NCBI GenBank assembly: GCA_951812655.1
Contig: OX638319.1
Coordinates: 1,185,620 to 1,217,619 of the forward strand
Origin: an uncultured Candidatus Nitrosopumilus sp.
GTDB taxonomy: Archaea; Thermoproteota; Nitrososphaeria; Nitrososphaerales; Nitrosopumilaceae
DNA length: 32,000 nucleotides
Direction: 5' to 3'
Every line of letters starts with the position of its first letter. Position 1 is the stretch's first letter. The notes beneath the pieces are model-generated. The model saw only the letters and a list, made by a program, of their open reading frames with translations, did no database searches and was not told where the DNA came from. This document shows, one piece after another, positions 1-8,657 of this stretch. Both the position numbers and the translations under genes were made by a program.

Positions 1-259
1 TCAAAAAAAAAGAGATGAGTTGTTTGGATAATATCTGAAATATTTTCTATCTTTTACTTGATTGTTTTTAAAACTCCCTGTGAATCTTGTGGCGTGTTCA
101 TTACTATAGTTCCAGAAATGATTTAAAAATTGATGGTGGTTTCATAGAGCCCGTAGCAAGCATTCGTTTTATACACTGCATAAAAATTTTCAAAAATGTA
201 TTATTTCCAACATCGATAATGACAACCTATCTAATATTGATGATTCACAGAAAAACTGG

Positions 260-1546
260 TTGTCTGAATTAAAACGCCACATGGGATTGTTTCAGCTTAC
301 AATGTATGGAGTGGGGTTGACCCTTGGTGCTGGAATTTATGTTTTGATTGGAGAGGCATCTGGTTTTGCTGGAAACTCTATGTGGATCTCTTTTGGTCTT
401 GGTGCGATTGTGGCAATGTTTGCAGGATTGAGCTATTCGGAACTTGCTGTGTTGTTTCCTAAGGCAGCAGCAGAATATGTTTTTGTAAAAAATGCCTTCA
501 AAAGTGGTTTTGTTGGTTTTCTTGTTGGCTGGTTGACTGTTATCACGTCCATGATTGTCGGTGCCACCGTTGCCTTGGGATTTGGGGGCTATTTTGCACA
601 ATTTCTTGACATTCCGATTATCATTTCGGCAATTTTGCTTTTAGCTGCCTTATCACTTGTTAATTTTATTGGAATAAGGCACTCTGCATGGATGAATACT
701 GTTTTTGCATTTGTTACCATTGCAGGTTTGGGAATAATAGTTTTCTTGGGATTTACGTTTGAATCTGTAGAGCCTGTAGACTATTTTGATATGCCAAATG
801 GAATTACTGGGTTAATGTTTGCGTTCGTTCTGATTTTTTTTGCATTTATAGGATTTGAGGACATGGCAAACGTTGCAGAAGAAGTAAAACGACCTAAAAA
901 AACACTGCCCAGAGCAATAATCTTGTCCGTTCTGATCACCGTGACAATCTACATTCTTGTATCTCTGTCATCTGTACGTATCCTGAACTGGGAAGAGTTG
1001 AGTCAATCTGCTGCACCATTGGCAGATGTCGCTGCAAAAGGATTAGGATTGGAAGGGGGAATTATCCTGTCAGTAATTGCGCTATTTGCTACTGCTAGCA
1101 CTGTTCTGATTACCCTGGTAGCTGGGGCAAGAATACTTTACGGCATGGCAAAGGACGGTTCATTGCCCTCTCTTTTTGGAAGGATTCATTCCAAGACTGG
1201 AACGCCGTGGATTGCGGCAATCGGTATTTTTATCACATCTGTTGCATTTGCATTAATTGGAGATATTGTAATTGTTGCCAATATTGTTGTTTTTGCAATT
1301 GTCATAACATTTGCAATGGTGAATCTGTCTGTAATTTTACTACGATATGTGCGACCTGATGTGGAACGTCCATTCAAAGTACCGCTAAATGTAGGTAAAT
1401 TCCCGATTTTGCCCCTTTTCGGGTTTGTTATGACTGTCTATATGGCAATGCAATTTGAGTTGGAAATAATTTTGGCAGGATTGGGGATACTTGGTACCGG
1501 TTGTATTTTTTATCTTTTGTACAATAAAAGGAAAATTAAATCGTGA
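260..1546 (+). CDS. APC-superfamily amino acid permease
   Basis: 428-aa ORF, hydrophobic throughout (about 12 TM segments by eye). N-terminal LTMYGVGLTLGAGIYVLIGE and FAFIGFE motifs are typical of amino acid/polyamine/organocation transporters. Start is TTG 260 or ATG 281. Confidence 0.85.
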   Translation: MSELKRHMGLFQLTMYGVGLTLGAGIYVLIGEASGFAGNSMWISFGLGAIVAMFAGLSYSELAVLFPKAAAEYVFVKNAFKSGFVGFLVGWLTVITSMIVGATVALGFGGYFAQFLDIPIIISAILLLAALSLVNFIGIRHSAWMNTVFAFVTIAGLGIIVFLGFTFESVEPVDYFDMPNGITGLMFAFVLIFFAFIGFEDMANVAEEVKRPKKTLPRAIILSVLITVTIYILVSLSSVRILNWEELSQSAAPLADVAAKGLGLEGGIILSVIALFATASTVLITLVAGARILYGMAKDGSLPSLFGRIHSKTGTPWIAAIGIFITSVAFALIGDIVIVANIVVFAIVITFAMVNLSVILLRYVRPDVERPFKVPLNVGKFPILPLFGFVMTVYMAMQFELEIILAGLGILGTGCIFYLLYNKRKIKS

Positions 1547-1574
1547 TAACTTTTCAAATATTCGTAATGTGAGA

Positions 1575-1724
1575 TTATTCTAGTTTTTTAATCTCTAGCC
1601 TAGTTTCTTTTAGCTTTTTTTCAAATTTTTCTTTATCGTTTTGAGACATTGAATTATCGCATAGTTTTTTCAGAATCAGGAATTCCTTATCTTTTAGTGT
1701 TGCAAGGTAATCCTGTTCTACCAT
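1575..1724 (-). CDS. small Lys/Glu-rich helical hypothetical protein (49 aa)
   Basis: Below the ORF-track cutoff; hand translation gives MVEQDYLATLKDKEFLILKKLCDNSMSQNDKEKFEKKLKETRLEIKKLE. No family recognised. Confidence 0.2.
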   Translation of the reverse strand: MVEQDYLATLKDKEFLILKKLCDNSMSQNDKEKFEKKLKETRLEIKKLE

Positions 1725-1821
1725 AATACTCTAGAAATTTTTACGAACTTAAGATTTTTCATGCATCCTGTTCTTAGAATGAATCGTGATGGAACATGAC
1801 AAATAGGGAAAATCTCTCTCA

Positions 1822-2255
1822 ATGCTTGTGAAGAAGAGTATCATGGTTTGCTTGGACGGTTCAAAGCACTCCTTGCGAGGATTGGATGCTGCAATTTCGT
1901 CTGCAAAACAGTCAGATTCCACAATCATCGGAGTTCACAGCGATACGAGCTTCAGTGCGTTTTCTGCAGTACGTGCACCGCTACTTCCAGAGGAAAAGTG
2001 GGCAAATGAGGTAGGCGATTGATGAGTGTTGCAGAGAAAAAAGCGGAGAGAAACAAAGTCAAATTTGAGGGGGTCGTAATCGGAGGACATTCTTCAGGAA
2101 CTGATCTGACCACGTTTGCAAACAATCCCGCAAACAGGATTGATCAGGTTTTCATAGGATCAAGGGGTATGGGATTCCCAAAGGAGTTATTCTTTGGAAC
2201 CACGTCAAACTTTGTCCTGCATAAGGCAAAGGCTCCTGTAACCGTAGTGAAATAA
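1822..2255 (+). pseudogene. universal stress protein (UspA family) split by a 1-nt frameshift
   Basis: ORFs 1822-2022 and 2019-2255 together reproduce one ~144-aa Usp: N-half IMVCLDGSKHSLRGLD, C-half GSRGMG...FGTTSNFVLHKAKAPVTVVK. They lie in different frames. The junction ggc gat tga tga gtg would read G D L M S V if one T were added. Confidence 0.75.
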
Positions 2256-2283
2256 TCCTGATTTTGATTTAAGAAGCATTTCG

Positions 2284-2877
2284 TTATCTGGTCCCGGTAA
2301 AAGATTTGCCCAACGAAGAACTTCGCGCAAAGTAGACTGTTCCCAACATTGAAGCTCCGAGAGTTAGAATCACAAGGACTCCAAACTCAGGCACTACGCT
2401 TGTTCCGATGATCTCCACATGATGTCCGTCTTTTGGAACTATTATTCCCAATGCCACGTTGTCTGGGCGTATGGTCAGGTCATACCGCGTGTCTTCACCG
2501 TCTACGAACACCTTGAACCTGCCTTGGTCTGCAGAAATCACATCGTTGGGCATCCTCACCCAGAATACGCTGTCTTCAGGAACCTCGTTGAAGGTAATCT
2601 CCAATGATTTTCTTTCCTGGTTTATTGACATGGACGAGAGCATCGGATGCGGCTTGTCAGATCCCATCGAGTCTATGCTTCCAGAATACCCGAAATACAT
2701 GTCATAGGAGACGCCGTCTACTTCCATGACGAATTTCTCCGCAGATATCTGCGAGATGTCGAGTTGTTGGGCAAACGCATCGTTGCTCTCAAAGACATGT
2801 TCGGCATTCACGACAGATGCAGGAAATATGATCAATATCGACAAGATCAATGCGGATGTCAGTAGATGGTTTTGCAA
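2284..2877 (-). CDS. secreted protein with PEFG-CTERM sorting signal
   Basis: ORF 2284-2961. The C-terminus VVPEFGVLVILTLGASMLGTVYFARSSS is a PEFG motif, a TM helix and a basic tail. TTG 2877 gives the signal peptide MQNHLLTSALILSILIIFPASVVNA and lies 23 nt downstream of TTATAATT. Confidence 0.7.
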   Translation of the reverse strand: MQNHLLTSALILSILIIFPASVVNAEHVFESNDAFAQQLDISQISAEKFVMEVDGVSYDMYFGYSGSIDSMGSDKPHPMLSSMSINQERKSLEITFNEVPEDSVFWVRMPNDVISADQGRFKVFVDGEDTRYDLTIRPDNVALGIIVPKDGHHVEIIGTSVVPEFGVLVILTLGASMLGTVYFARSSSLGKSFTGTR

Positions 2878-2967
2878 ACTATTTCTAATTCTTATCTGCA
2901 AATTATAACGTGTTTGAACATTCTCAATGTTGACATCCACTTTTGATTTACAAGAATGCATTTTGTA

Positions 2968-3324
2968 TTATAACAAACTCAGAATTTTTCTTGCAGTTTC
3001 ATCTATGTCTGCATCGGGTGCTGCAGATACAAAGAGAATCTTATCACTAAAAGGCATGGTCATAGTTACGACATTTTTTCTCCTGGCGGACGCATATTCA
3101 ACTGGGCCTAGTTTGTCATCAAAGTCTTGTCTGGTTCTAATCCGCAATACTGCTTCCACAAACATTTTCTTTCTTTCCGATTCATCTTTCATGGGGGATA
3201 ATCCTGGTTTAAAGCTCCCTGTAATCAGATTTCCCATATAGTCTAGGAACCCCGCAAATCTTATTTCTGGTAATTCTAATATCGATTGACACTTCTGCTG
3301 TTCTGTTTTGTTTTCTGAAGACAT
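2968..3324 (-). CDS. hypothetical soluble protein (118 aa)
   Basis: Clean ORF immediately upstream of the PEFG-CTERM gene on the same strand. No family recognised with certainty (roadblock/LC7-like is only a weak impression). Confidence 0.55.
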   Translation of the reverse strand: MSSENKTEQQKCQSILELPEIRFAGFLDYMGNLITGSFKPGLSPMKDESERKKMFVEAVLRIRTRQDFDDKLGPVEYASARRKNVVTMTMPFSDKILFVSAAPDADIDETARKILSLL

Positions 3325-3433
3325 CTATGTTGCCTCAGATATATTTGAATTGCAGAAAATTGTAATTACATTCAAAACATGTATTTTGATCATTATTTTC
3401 GTAATAATAATTTGTAATATAATCATCAGACAT

Positions 3434-3441
3434 GATTTTCA
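3434..3441 (+). promoter_or_regulatory. GATTTTCA element (motif A) upstream of CBS gene
   Basis: CATGATTTTCAAG, co-oriented with the gene. Proximal edge is 57 nt before ATG 3498. Confidence 0.35.
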
Positions 3442-3497
3442 AGTATGATTTTTAAAAAAACAATTTTTCTCTAATTGCTCAGTTGTGTTTTCTTCAA

Positions 3498-4448
3498 ATG
3501 ATGTATATCAATCATTGTGATCTTTTATTTTTAGATGGTTCATTTTCATTTATGATAATTGTATTTTATTTTTTTATAATCTCTCAAATTTTTCATATCA
3601 TGAAACATGTTTTGGATTACAAAAATGAGCCAATTACTATCAAGTATGAATCCAGCATTGCTGATGTTTTAAAAAAAATTATTGACGAAAAAATGAGCAG
3701 ATTTTTGGTCACAAAAAATGACAAAATCACTGGTATTGTGACTGAAAAGGATTTGGGATTCCTTCTTCTATCTGAAGACACCAAAAGAAAACTGGATGAA
3801 ATTCCATTGTCGGTAATCACTAAAACAGTAATTTCTGTTGATGAGTTTGCTAGCATGCATGAATGTGCGGAAACTATGCTAACAAAATCAATTGGGTCAT
3901 TGGCAGTAGAATCAAAAAAGGAAATTACTGGAATTTTAACAAAAACTGATCTCGTCAATTATTTTTCTAAAACTTATTCTGAAGAAAAGATGGTTGGAGA
4001 GTACATGTCTCCATATTATGCTTGGTTGTACTTTGATACTCCGATATACAAAGTGGTTCGGAAAATGATTGACGAAAAGATATCTCGACTAATACTTCGA
4101 GATCGTGATGAGGTACCTGTAGGAATCATAACATTTCGAGATTTGTTTGAATTGGCACTAAAACAAGGAAATTATGATGAAGTTCTTGATAACACTGATC
4201 CAGCAATATCGGTAATATTTCCTCGAAAGGGATTCATTTCAGAATCTGGGTTTGGTGGATCTATAAAGGCAGATGCCATCATGAGTAAAAATATTGTATC
4301 CGTAAATTACGATGATGATTTGGCAAAAGCTTGCAAGGTGCTCTTGGAGAAAAACATCAACGGTGCTGCAGTCTTATCTAAGCATGGAGGTATTGTGGGA
4401 ATCATTAGTAAAACCGATATCGTTAAGGCTGTGGCATTTTTAAAATAA
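3498..4448 (+). CDS. four-CBS-domain protein with hydrophobic N-terminal segment
   Basis: Four CBS repeats by eye (...GIVTEKDL, ...GILTKTDL, ...GIITFRDL, ...GIISKTDI). The ORF opens at TTG 3483. ATG 3498 keeps the hydrophobic FSFMIIVFYFFIISQIF segment; ATG 3600 is an alternative start. Confidence 0.8.
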   Translation: MMYINHCDLLFLDGSFSFMIIVFYFFIISQIFHIMKHVLDYKNEPITIKYESSIADVLKKIIDEKMSRFLVTKNDKITGIVTEKDLGFLLLSEDTKRKLDEIPLSVITKTVISVDEFASMHECAETMLTKSIGSLAVESKKEITGILTKTDLVNYFSKTYSEEKMVGEYMSPYYAWLYFDTPIYKVVRKMIDEKISRLILRDRDEVPVGIITFRDLFELALKQGNYDEVLDNTDPAISVIFPRKGFISESGFGGSIKADAIMSKNIVSVNYDDDLAKACKVLLEKNINGAAVLSKHGGIVGIISKTDIVKAVAFLK

Positions 4449-4524
4449 TGTCCAATCACCTGCTATCCATTTTATCACAATGGAAATATTTTTTACAATA
4501 TGGTGATTCCACAAACATCCATAT

Positions 4525-4532
4525 GATTTTCA
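4525..4532 (+). promoter_or_regulatory. GATTTTCA element (motif A)
   Basis: ATATGATTTTCAC. It lies 20 nt upstream of TTTAAAAA (4553-4560); proximal edge is 52 nt before ATG 4584. Confidence 0.35.
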
Positions 4533-4583
4533 CTTTTAACAATCGTGTTCTGTTTAAAAATAATCTTTCTTCTAAATTGAGTC

Positions 4584-5060
4584 ATGTTTTCAAATGACAA
4601 GACTCTGATTCTTGTTGCAATCATGGTTGGTGTCGTGGCATTGGCTGGAATTGTTGCGTTTACCGGCCAGGGAAACGTGAGGCATGTCCCCATTTTCTGG
4701 CAGGAACGTGTTGAGCAGACCGTGGCATTTGAGGATGTCGATGGCAAGGTTCAACTGCAGGGAATTTCCGGAATCGGCGGCGAGCCAAACCCTCATCTTA
4801 TCACCAGAACGAGTTTTGCATATGTCCTTACCGTGATTAACAACGGAGACACGCATCACCGACTGTACATTGAGGGATTGAACGTTCAGACGGATCTTCT
4901 GGAACCCGGACAACAGGAAACCCTCACCATTTATCCTGAAAAGGAGGGAGTCTACGAGTATTTTGACAAAAGACAGTACTTTGAACATCTGGGATTTCTC
5001 GAAGTTAGAACGGTCGTTCACGGGGACGAGTTTACGGGGATTTGGCGTGACTTGATCTAA
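4584..5060 (+). CDS. membrane-anchored cupredoxin-like protein lacking a Cys ligand
   Basis: N-terminal TM (LILVAIMVGVVALAGIVAF), then a beta-rich domain. GDTHHRLYIEGL...EPGQQETLTIYPEKEGVYEYFD resembles cupredoxin-fold domains. There is no Cys, so it is not a type-1 Cu site. Confidence 0.5.
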   Translation: MFSNDKTLILVAIMVGVVALAGIVAFTGQGNVRHVPIFWQERVEQTVAFEDVDGKVQLQGISGIGGEPNPHLITRTSFAYVLTVINNGDTHHRLYIEGLNVQTDLLEPGQQETLTIYPEKEGVYEYFDKRQYFEHLGFLEVRTVVHGDEFTGIWRDLI

Positions 5061-5169
5061 TATGTTGTTTTCAATCTAAGCATACACAATTTTTAAACTT
5101 GAATGAATTTCTTCTTTTGAAATTCAAAAAAATGAAGTCTTTGATGTACAGTTCTTTAAATAAAAATAA

Positions 5170-5550
5170 TCAGCTCAAACGTTTGTAAATTTCTTTGAAC
5201 TCCATTGAAATGTTATATGCAATGTTTAGTCCATGTGTTAGTTTATTCATAGATGACATGTCATTTCCAATTTGCCTTAAAAGTGTCAATGCTTTTTGTG
5301 GTGATGTTGGAGAAGGTTGTTTCTGACCTGTCCATGTCTTAAAGGAATCTCCTACATCCAGACAAAAGTTCAAAATAAACTCTTTCCAGTTTGGTATTTC
5401 GTTGAGATTTTTTCCTCCAAAACACATTTCTGACAATTCACGAAATTCATTTTCTCTGTCTATATGCAGTATTTCGAGTGCTTTGTGGACTTTTTCTTCG
5501 GTATATTCTGAAGAATTTAGCATGTACATTCCTTCTAAACTCATAATCAA
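5170..5550 (-). CDS. hypothetical protein (126 aa)
   Basis: Uninterrupted ORF with no recognised family. Several possible Met starts within the first 10 codons. Confidence 0.45.
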   Translation of the reverse strand: MIMSLEGMYMLNSSEYTEEKVHKALEILHIDRENEFRELSEMCFGGKNLNEIPNWKEFILNFCLDVGDSFKTWTGQKQPSPTSPQKALTLLRQIGNDMSSMNKLTHGLNIAYNISMEFKEIYKRLS

Positions 5551-5813
5551 CTTCTGTAAAATTCACAATTTAACTATTTCAAAATTTACATGTTTGAAAA
5601 TATGTTTTTTTGTATCATGGCAAATCAATGGCAATACTGAATTGAGTCAATATTTTAATAATCTAATTATTAGAAAGGATGATTATTGCAAAAATGTTCA
5701 TTTTTTGTCGCATTGTATTTTCAGTCCGATTAACGTCCGTTCAACCTAGTCATAACACTCTTGGATATCTAGACCTTGTTCAAGATTGTATGTGATCCCT
5801 TATTTTATTCAAG

Positions 5814-6128
5814 TTAGATGGAACTAGTGCCGCGTTTTTTTGTGCACAAATCAAGTGCATCCTCAATTCCAGTAACAAAGACTTTTCCATCTCCTTTGGT
5901 TCCGGTACATGCAACACTTGCAATTGAATCTAGAACTTCTTCAACTTTGGGTCCATCCACAATACAGATAATCATTTCTCGATTAATGTACTGGCCAACT
6001 AATGGTGGATCTTCAGTTCCCTGACCTTTTACAGAGTGGACAGTTATTCCTCCTACCCCATTCTTTTTAATTGCAGACACCACGTTGTCTCTTAGTTCAG
6101 TTCTAACAATGGCTTCAATTTTCTTCAT
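5814..6128 (-). CDS. P-II (GlnB/GlnK) family signal-transduction protein with atypical T-loop
   Basis: MKKIEAIVRTEL...GITVHSVKGQG...TGTKGDGKVFV aligns by eye to GlnB (MKKIEAII...VKGFG...TGKIGDGKIFV). Start ATG 6128 is preferred over 6146 because the TATA ATATAAAAAAA (6148-6158) lies 19 nt upstream. Confidence 0.8.
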   Translation of the reverse strand: MKKIEAIVRTELRDNVVSAIKKNGVGGITVHSVKGQGTEDPPLVGQYINREMIICIVDGPKVEEVLDSIASVACTGTKGDGKVFVTGIEDALDLCTKKRGTSSI

Positions 6129-6147
6129 GTTACATGTTTGTGCCACG

Positions 6148-6166
6148 TTTTTTTATATCAAGGGTA
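6148..6166 (-). promoter_or_regulatory. P-II promoter: TACCCTTGATAT followed by TATA
   Basis: Gene direction reads TACCCTTGATATAAAAAAA - 19 nt - ATG 6128. Confidence 0.5.
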
Positions 6167-6255
6167 TAATTCTCATTTCTGATTTTAATTGATACCTGAT
6201 TCTTAAAAATAATTGTTATTTTCTTTTGTTCTGTCCAAAATGCCTTCAAACCTTA

Positions 6256-6279
6256 TGCGTATTTATAATATCAAGGGTA
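6256..6279 (-). promoter_or_regulatory. second copy of TACCCTTGATAT plus TATA-like box
   Basis: The exact 12-mer of 6155-6166 recurs at 6268-6279, again followed in gene direction by TATTATAAATA. Confidence 0.35.
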
Positions 6280-6424
6280 GATTTTCAGGTTTACTGTGGT
6301 TAGTTTAATGCATTTTTTTAGATAAACTTGAACATTGTAACATGCCAAAAAATTGTATATTACAAGTTTGAAAGTGCCCGTGTTTTTCACTGCTGAAAAT
6401 TATGATTAAAAAAATGATGATGGG

Positions 6425-6847
6425 TTACTTGACTATCAGTATTGGGATCTTTGATTTATGCATAACATAGTTTGACGTACTTCCTAGAAATGCTTCTTTT
6501 ACTCCCCCCTGACCTCTTGCACCAATCACAATCATGTCGAATTTACCTTTATTCGCATGTTTGATAATTTCAGAACCTGTATGACCTCCACCTGTTTCAT
6601 ATTTGAATGTGACACCAGCTTTTTCAGCACGATTTAGTGCGGGACCAATGGCTTTAACTGCCTTCTTTTCTGCGTCATCATCCATTTTCTTTGTGAGCTT
6701 TATTCCTGCGGCTAATGGCAAATGAAATACATATAATCCTGTGATGATGGCATTGCTGCCTTTTGCAATTTCAACTGCTTGGTCTAGCCCTCTAATGGAA
6801 TTTGCTGATCCATCAAGTGGAACAAGAATTTTTTTCAACTTCGTCAT
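6425..6847 (-). CDS. universal stress protein (UspA family)
   Basis: KILVPLDGS...VIGARGQGGVKEAFLGSTSNYVMHKSKIPILIVK, with an intact G-x2-G-x9-G-S/T ATP-binding motif. TATA TTTATATT lies 22 nt upstream of the ATG. Confidence 0.9.
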   Translation of the reverse strand: MTKLKKILVPLDGSANSIRGLDQAVEIAKGSNAIITGLYVFHLPLAAGIKLTKKMDDDAEKKAVKAIGPALNRAEKAGVTFKYETGGGHTGSEIIKHANKGKFDMIVIGARGQGGVKEAFLGSTSNYVMHKSKIPILIVK

Positions 6848-6887
6848 TACTTAACACAATCAATATTGTAATATAAAAAACATCCTT

Positions 6888-6895
6888 GATTTTCA
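6888..6895 (+). promoter_or_regulatory. GATTTTCA element (motif A) in divergent Usp/VIT1 control region
   Basis: CCTTGATTTTCAAT. Proximal edge is 57 nt before ATG 6952; the site is 41 nt from the divergent Usp ATG 6847. Confidence 0.35.
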
Positions 6896-6951
6896 ATATT
6901 GGAATTATTCATATTGATTAATGAAATATGTAAATTGTTAACAAATTAAAA

Positions 6952-7635
6952 ATGAGATGGATTTTTGATGATTTCATTTACGGTTCTATTGATGGAGCCG
7001 TAACAACATTTGCAATTGTTGCAGGAGTAATGGGTGCTGGACTGTCACCTGCGATAATCTTAATTTTAGGATTTGCAAATTTGTTTGCTGATGGTTTTTC
7101 CATGGCAGTTGCAAATTTTCAAGCATCAAAAGCTAGAAGCGAGTACATCGAAATGAAAAGAAAACAAGAAGAATGGGAGATTGATAATTTTGAAGAACAG
7201 GAAAAGGACGAAATTAGAGATATTTATCGTAAAAAAGGATTCAAAGATGAGCTGTTGGAAGAAGTTGTCCGAATTATCACATCTAGGCGAAAAGTGTGGG
7301 TGGATACGATGATGAAAGAGGAACTGGGGCTGATAGATGATGAAAAACGCCCTCTTGCTGGTTCCGTTAGTACATTTGTTGGATTCAATCTGATTGGATT
7401 GATTCCGTTAATTCCCTTTATGTTGTTCCTTCTAATTGACAATACTTCACATCATGATGCATTTGCATATTCTACGATATTGGTTGGCATTGCGTTTTTC
7501 ATAGTCGGAACAATCAAGGGAAAAATCGTTAAAAAATCAAAAATCTTGTCAGGTCTATTCACCTTGATGATTGGTGGAATTGCAGCAACTGTTGCATACT
7601 TGATAGGATATGGACTAAATTTTCTCATACAATAG
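6952..7635 (+). CDS. VIT1/CCC1 family iron/manganese transporter
   Basis: N-terminal YGSIDGAVTTFAIVAGV and FANLFADGFSMA motifs, an acidic cytoplasmic helix region and C-terminal TM helices, as in the VIT family. Confidence 0.85.
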   Translation: MRWIFDDFIYGSIDGAVTTFAIVAGVMGAGLSPAIILILGFANLFADGFSMAVANFQASKARSEYIEMKRKQEEWEIDNFEEQEKDEIRDIYRKKGFKDELLEEVVRIITSRRKVWVDTMMKEELGLIDDEKRPLAGSVSTFVGFNLIGLIPLIPFMLFLLIDNTSHHDAFAYSTILVGIAFFIVGTIKGKIVKKSKILSGLFTLMIGGIAATVAYLIGYGLNFLIQ

Positions 7636-7768
7636 TTTGTATACTGTCTAAAACACCTTGCATGTCTTTTGAAATGCAATTCATGGTATTTGCCAAAACG
7701 TATTTTGAATCTTGTCGATTTGCTCTTATTTTTTACCTGTAACTAGCATTGAATACTTTGTGTTGGGA

Positions 7769-8200
7769 TTACCTCGCAATTAATACTGGATATTTGGTTT
7801 TCTGTGATACACCGTTTGCAACGCTTCCCAAAATCATCCTATCTAGTCCTGTCCTTCCATGTGAGCCAATCACAACAAGATCGTGCTTTCGTGATTTTGC
7901 AAAAGTCACAATATCGTTAATTACTGAATGTGGAATCAATATTTGAGATTTGAAAGATACACTATTTTTTTCGGCGATGAGTTGTAATTTTTCAAGGTGT
8001 TTTTTTGTAGCCTCGCGTTGTTTTTTAATTAGTTCCTTGTCTGCCCTTGAATCATAATTTTTGTGATGCCATGCATCACCTTCTAGACAGGTAAGAAGTG
8101 TCATTTTTGATTGATATTTTTTTGTAATGTCTAACGCTACTTTGAATGCTTTTATAGAATTGTTGGACAAATCAAAAGGGACTAGTATATTTTGAAACAA
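7769..8200 (-). CDS. universal stress protein (UspA family)
   Basis: ILVPFDLS...VIGSHGRTGLDRMILGSVANGVSQKTKYPVLIAR. It starts 2 nt after the upstream HPF-like ORF stops. Confidence 0.9.
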   Translation of the reverse strand: MFQNILVPFDLSNNSIKAFKVALDITKKYQSKMTLLTCLEGDAWHHKNYDSRADKELIKKQREATKKHLEKLQLIAEKNSVSFKSQILIPHSVINDIVTFAKSRKHDLVVIGSHGRTGLDRMILGSVANGVSQKTKYPVLIAR

Positions 8201-8202
8201 TC

Positions 8203-8523
8203 TTAGTCTATCTCCTTTTTGTGAATACTTTTTCTTTGACGCTTGTTGTCTTGTTTTGACAATTCCCCTTCTAACTTTCTACACAGCTCATCTACAATTT
8301 TAAGAATATCCCAGCCTGACTCTGTATGAGTTAATTGGTTTTTTGGGGTTGTGACAATGGATGTAAAATCATAATGGGTTCTTGCCCCATCGGCATTTTG
8401 GGATTTTATGTCCACTTTTGCCTCTGTAATATCTGGCAATACACGCTGTAATTTCTCCAATGCGTTACTGATTTTTGATGCAATCATCTCGTTAGCAGGT
8501 TCGTCTTTTGGCAAACCTATCAT
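8203..8523 (-). CDS. HPF/RaiA (S30AE)-like ribosome-hibernation-factor candidate
   Basis: From ATG 8523 the sequence is MIGLPKDEPANEMIASKISNALEKLQRVLPDITEAKVDIK...HYDFTSIVTTPKNQLTHTESGWDILKIVDELCRKLEGELSKQDNKRQRK. It matches the beta-alpha-beta3-alpha layout and the C-terminal D..AID.L.DKL.RQL.K.K pattern of E. coli HPF/RaiA. The ORF extends to TTG 8595. Confidence 0.5.
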   Translation of the reverse strand: MIGLPKDEPANEMIASKISNALEKLQRVLPDITEAKVDIKSQNADGARTHYDFTSIVTTPKNQLTHTESGWDILKIVDELCRKLEGELSKQDNKRQRKSIHKKEID

Positions 8524-8599
8524 GTATAATGGAATTTTACCTGCCGTGTATGTTTGCCATAAAATCAAATTAAAAATCAATACAACAATTATCAAACAT

Positions 8600-8607
8600 G
8601 ATTTTCA
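8600..8607 (+). promoter_or_regulatory. GATTTTCA element (motif A)
   Basis: ACATGATTTTCAATAATG. It lies 21 nt upstream of TATTTAAG (8629-8636); proximal edge is 51 nt before GTG 8658. Confidence 0.35.
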
Positions 8608-8657
8608 ATAATGAAATTGCTAAAGACGTATTTAAGAAATCATAAACTAGGATCTTA

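Noticed and set aside
87-272. 61-aa ORF upstream of the permease
   Set aside because: It has no recognisable features and lies in the likely promoter or leader region of the permease.
269-5021. Antisense ORFs 269-601, 1186-1377, 2419-2908 (four ORFs), 2927-3241, 3617-3958, 4493-4747 and 4590-5021
   Set aside because: Each overlaps a better-supported gene on the opposite strand, and none shows recognisable motifs.
1822-5060. Apparently GC-richer patches (1.8-3.3 kb, 4.58-5.06 kb) as a horizontally acquired island
   Set aside because: My hand counts of single 60-nt lines gave about 47-55% GC there versus about 27% in a line of CBS gene 8658-9512. Lines of purF and the permease also reach 45-53%, so the contrast is not diagnostic. 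It needs a proper sliding-window and codon-usage analysis.
5825-5833. CTAGTGCC within the 3' end of the P-II gene
   Set aside because: The reverse complement is GCGGCACTA and lacks the TT prefix. It is coding (…RGTSSI) and no start codon lies at the expected distance.
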